A stretch of 37,162 bases of DNA from Octopus sinensis. Lineage: Eukaryota. The notes under the pieces were generated by a model. The model did no database searches. It worked only from the letters and a program-made list of their open reading frames with translations, and was not told the origin of the DNA. Shown here one piece after another: positions 36,320 to 37,162 of this stretch. The stretch spans positions 1-37,162 of the forward strand of contig NW_021835167.1 of assembly GCF_006345805.1 (NCBI RefSeq), given 5' to 3'. Both the position numbers and the translations under genes were made by a program. Position 1 is the first letter of the stretch. Each line of letters opens with the position of its first letter.

Positions 36320-36460
36320 TTTAAGTTGTGGGGGATGTAAACACACCAATGTTGGCTGTTAAACGGTAGTAGGAGACCAACAAATACATAAAGACACACA
36401 CGCAGAAGCACGCGCGCGTGTGTGTGTATATATGACTTGCTCTTTTCAGTTTCCCTATAT
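36320..36460 (-). mobile_element. Degenerate SINE fragment (family B)
   Basis: TAAGTTGTGGGGATGTAAACACACCAA...TTTCAGTTTCC similarity. Confidence 0.5.
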
Positions 36461-36854
36461 AGTAGAAATATGTTACGAAAAGAAAATATAAAATACACCT
36501 GGAAATGTAGGGTAAAATATGAAAAATCAACGAAAATGCATATTGCAAATAGAAAAAGTCTATTTATGTCAGGTAACGACAAATATATACATTTCGAATG
36601 ACTGAGGTAGTACTACGAGTCATAAAAGTCATTATTATGAGATGATTATAAGATGATAATAAAGTAAGAGAACAAAACGAACCAACGTTTTACGCAAAGC
36701 TTATTCATCGTTTGAACAACATCGGTTAATGCACGGTGTCAGGTCTAATAGTTCCTGAGAAAAAAGATTATTTGTAAGGGAGGTAAGTAGTTCTGGATTT
36801 AGAGATGTGAGTTGTCTAGTAAGTGTGTAGGGTTTAGTGGTTTCAGCTGAAGAG

Positions 36855-37160
36855 TTAGCGGTGTTCTGTATTGAGTTGTGTGTTCATATTTAGTCGGGGA
36901 AGAAATTTATTGATAAAAAATGCCTCTTTATTCAACCTTTGTTGCATTGTGGTGTTCTGTGAACATTGGTAAACGGGAAATATTTGGAAATTGGGATTAA
37001 GATTCCTGGCATATCTTTCTATGTGTTCACTCACCTTTAACTGTCTGTATTGTGGGTGACGGATTTCCTCTTTGTGAATGGTGATTCTTTGACGGAGCGA
37101 GATTCTTGTTTGTCCAATATAGAGTTTACCACATCCTATACATGTCATGACATAGATAAC
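36855..37160 (-). CDS. C-terminal GIY-YIG endonuclease of a Penelope-like retroelement (5' part lies beyond the window)
   Basis: VIYVMTCIGCGKLYIGQT...LRQRITIH...VSEHI...RLNKEAFFINKFLPRLN. This shows the GIY-YIG motif with the PLE-typical CxxC insert and the conserved R, H, E and N residues. The frame is open to the window edge. Confidence 0.9.
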   Translation of the reverse strand, partial: VIYVMTCIGCGKLYIGQTRISLRQRITIHKEEIRHPQYRQLKVSEHIERYARNLNPNFQIFPVYQCSQNTTMQQRLNKEAFFINKFLPRLNMNTQLNTEHR

Positions 37161-37162
37161 AT

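Overview
Eukaryotic, very AT-rich, repeat-dominated DNA with no convincing intact host-gene exon, so probably intronic or intergenic. The tRNA-headed SINE families and microsatellite style look like an octopus/coleoid cephalopod genome (recognition, not a database result). The only long coding sequences are retroelement-derived: (1) a near full-length two-ORF APE-RT LINE at about 27586-32337, whose ORF1 has a Myb/SANT-like N-terminus, polyQ and two CCCH fingers, and whose ORF2 has one nonsense codon at the start of the endonuclease; (2) a 5'-truncated relative on the minus strand (22803-23394); (3) two R4/Dong-like LINE remnants; (4) the GIY-YIG end of a Penelope-like element at the right edge. 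The main unexplained signal is a set of hammerhead ribozyme (HHR) motifs in three architectures. One near-canonical type I HHR fills most of the loop of a perfect 140-bp palindrome (35596-35930). A pair of HHRs with a 68-nt stem II region sits in an interleaved inverted-repeat cassette (24243-25003). Two minimal variant-core HHRs lie at 4853-4888 and 21926-21961. Also notable are a roughly 1-kb diverged fold-back (about 11395-12400) and a SINE-LINE shared 3' stem-loop with compensatory changes. All alignments and folds were done by eye; no searches were run.
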